NCBI RefSeq assembly: GCF_044704955.1
Contig: NC_091977.1
Coordinates: 344,038,001 to 344,102,000, forward strand
Direction: 5' to 3'
DNA: 64,000 nt
Source of the DNA: Pristiophorus japonicus
Taxonomy: Eukaryota
Shown here: one piece after another, positions 63,401 to 64,000 of the stretch
Position numbering within the stretch: the stretch's first letter is position 1
Layout: each line of letters starts with the position of its first letter
Notes under the pieces: generated by a model
Seen by the model: the letters and a program-made list of their open reading frames with translations, nothing else
Database searches by the model: none
What the model was told of the DNA's origin: nothing
Position numbers and translations under genes: made by a program

Positions 63401-64000
63401 TCCCAGAAAATGGAAGTGATGTGTCTCTTGTAAGAGGAGTCACCTCTGCCCCAGTTAGAGCTACAATTTAACATTGGTAATTTTGTATTGCATACCATTA
63501 TTTTCATGCTGTGTATAGTTATAAGTTCTGTGCTACAAAAATATTGGAACTAGTAAACAATATTACATTAATCAAAATACACCAGATGAGTCCTTAACCC
63601 CTTTGGGCTTTACAGTCTGGTTTATGTCTAAGCAAGTACAAGATACCTAAATTTTGTCTGCTGGAATCATCTTGCATCATCAAGTCCAAATTACATTCAC
63701 TATTTCGGGAGATATTGTTAATTGAAGGAATGAATAATTGAGGTTACAAAGGCAATTCTGTAGAAACATGCAGTAACTGAGCTGATGAACAAGCTTGATA
63801 TTAAGCTGTATGTCCAAGAACATTGTCAGTGAGATGAGTATGTGGTTAGATTCCTTATACAGCTGTGAAGTTATCATATTGAAATAGCAAGTGCTTAGTA
63901 TATATTCCAGTTATAATTAGTTCAGTTTATAATGTAATGCTCCTAGCTCCTGGAGTCATTGATAAAGCTTGTACAATTTCATCCTTCTGCATTTGCACAG

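Overview
Eukaryotic, transposon-dominated DNA. The repeat families (CR1, RTE, Tx1, L2, Deu-domain SINE, Gypsy, PIF/Harbinger, Tigger/pogo, hAT) point to a cartilaginous fish such as a shark; this is an inference. No complete host gene is identifiable, and most ORFs in the track are TE fragments or antisense shadows of them. Main structures: (i) a Tx1 LINE with an inverted 5' half fused to a decayed Gypsy that hosts a MITE and a nearly intact CR1; (ii) a full-length but decayed two-gene Harbinger; (iii) a Tigger split across about 13 kb by nested insertions, one of them a young gag-deficient Gypsy with 234-bp LTRs; (iv) an RTE-tailed non-autonomous element with TATA-bearing 5' tandem repeats. 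The standout observation is a family of related Harbinger-type MITEs (3736-4897, 12863-13976, 26967-27791) with homologous arms but different interiors. Two carry host-gene coding fragments that the ORF track misses: tandem UBZ zinc fingers of a CALCOCO2/TAX1BP1-like gene, and part of an MHC class I-like Ig C1 domain. Both fragments start right after the same 12-mer, GGCCGAGTGGCC, suggesting a gene-capturing 'Pack-Harbinger' family with a fixed capture site. All translations and alignments were done by eye; no database searches were run.
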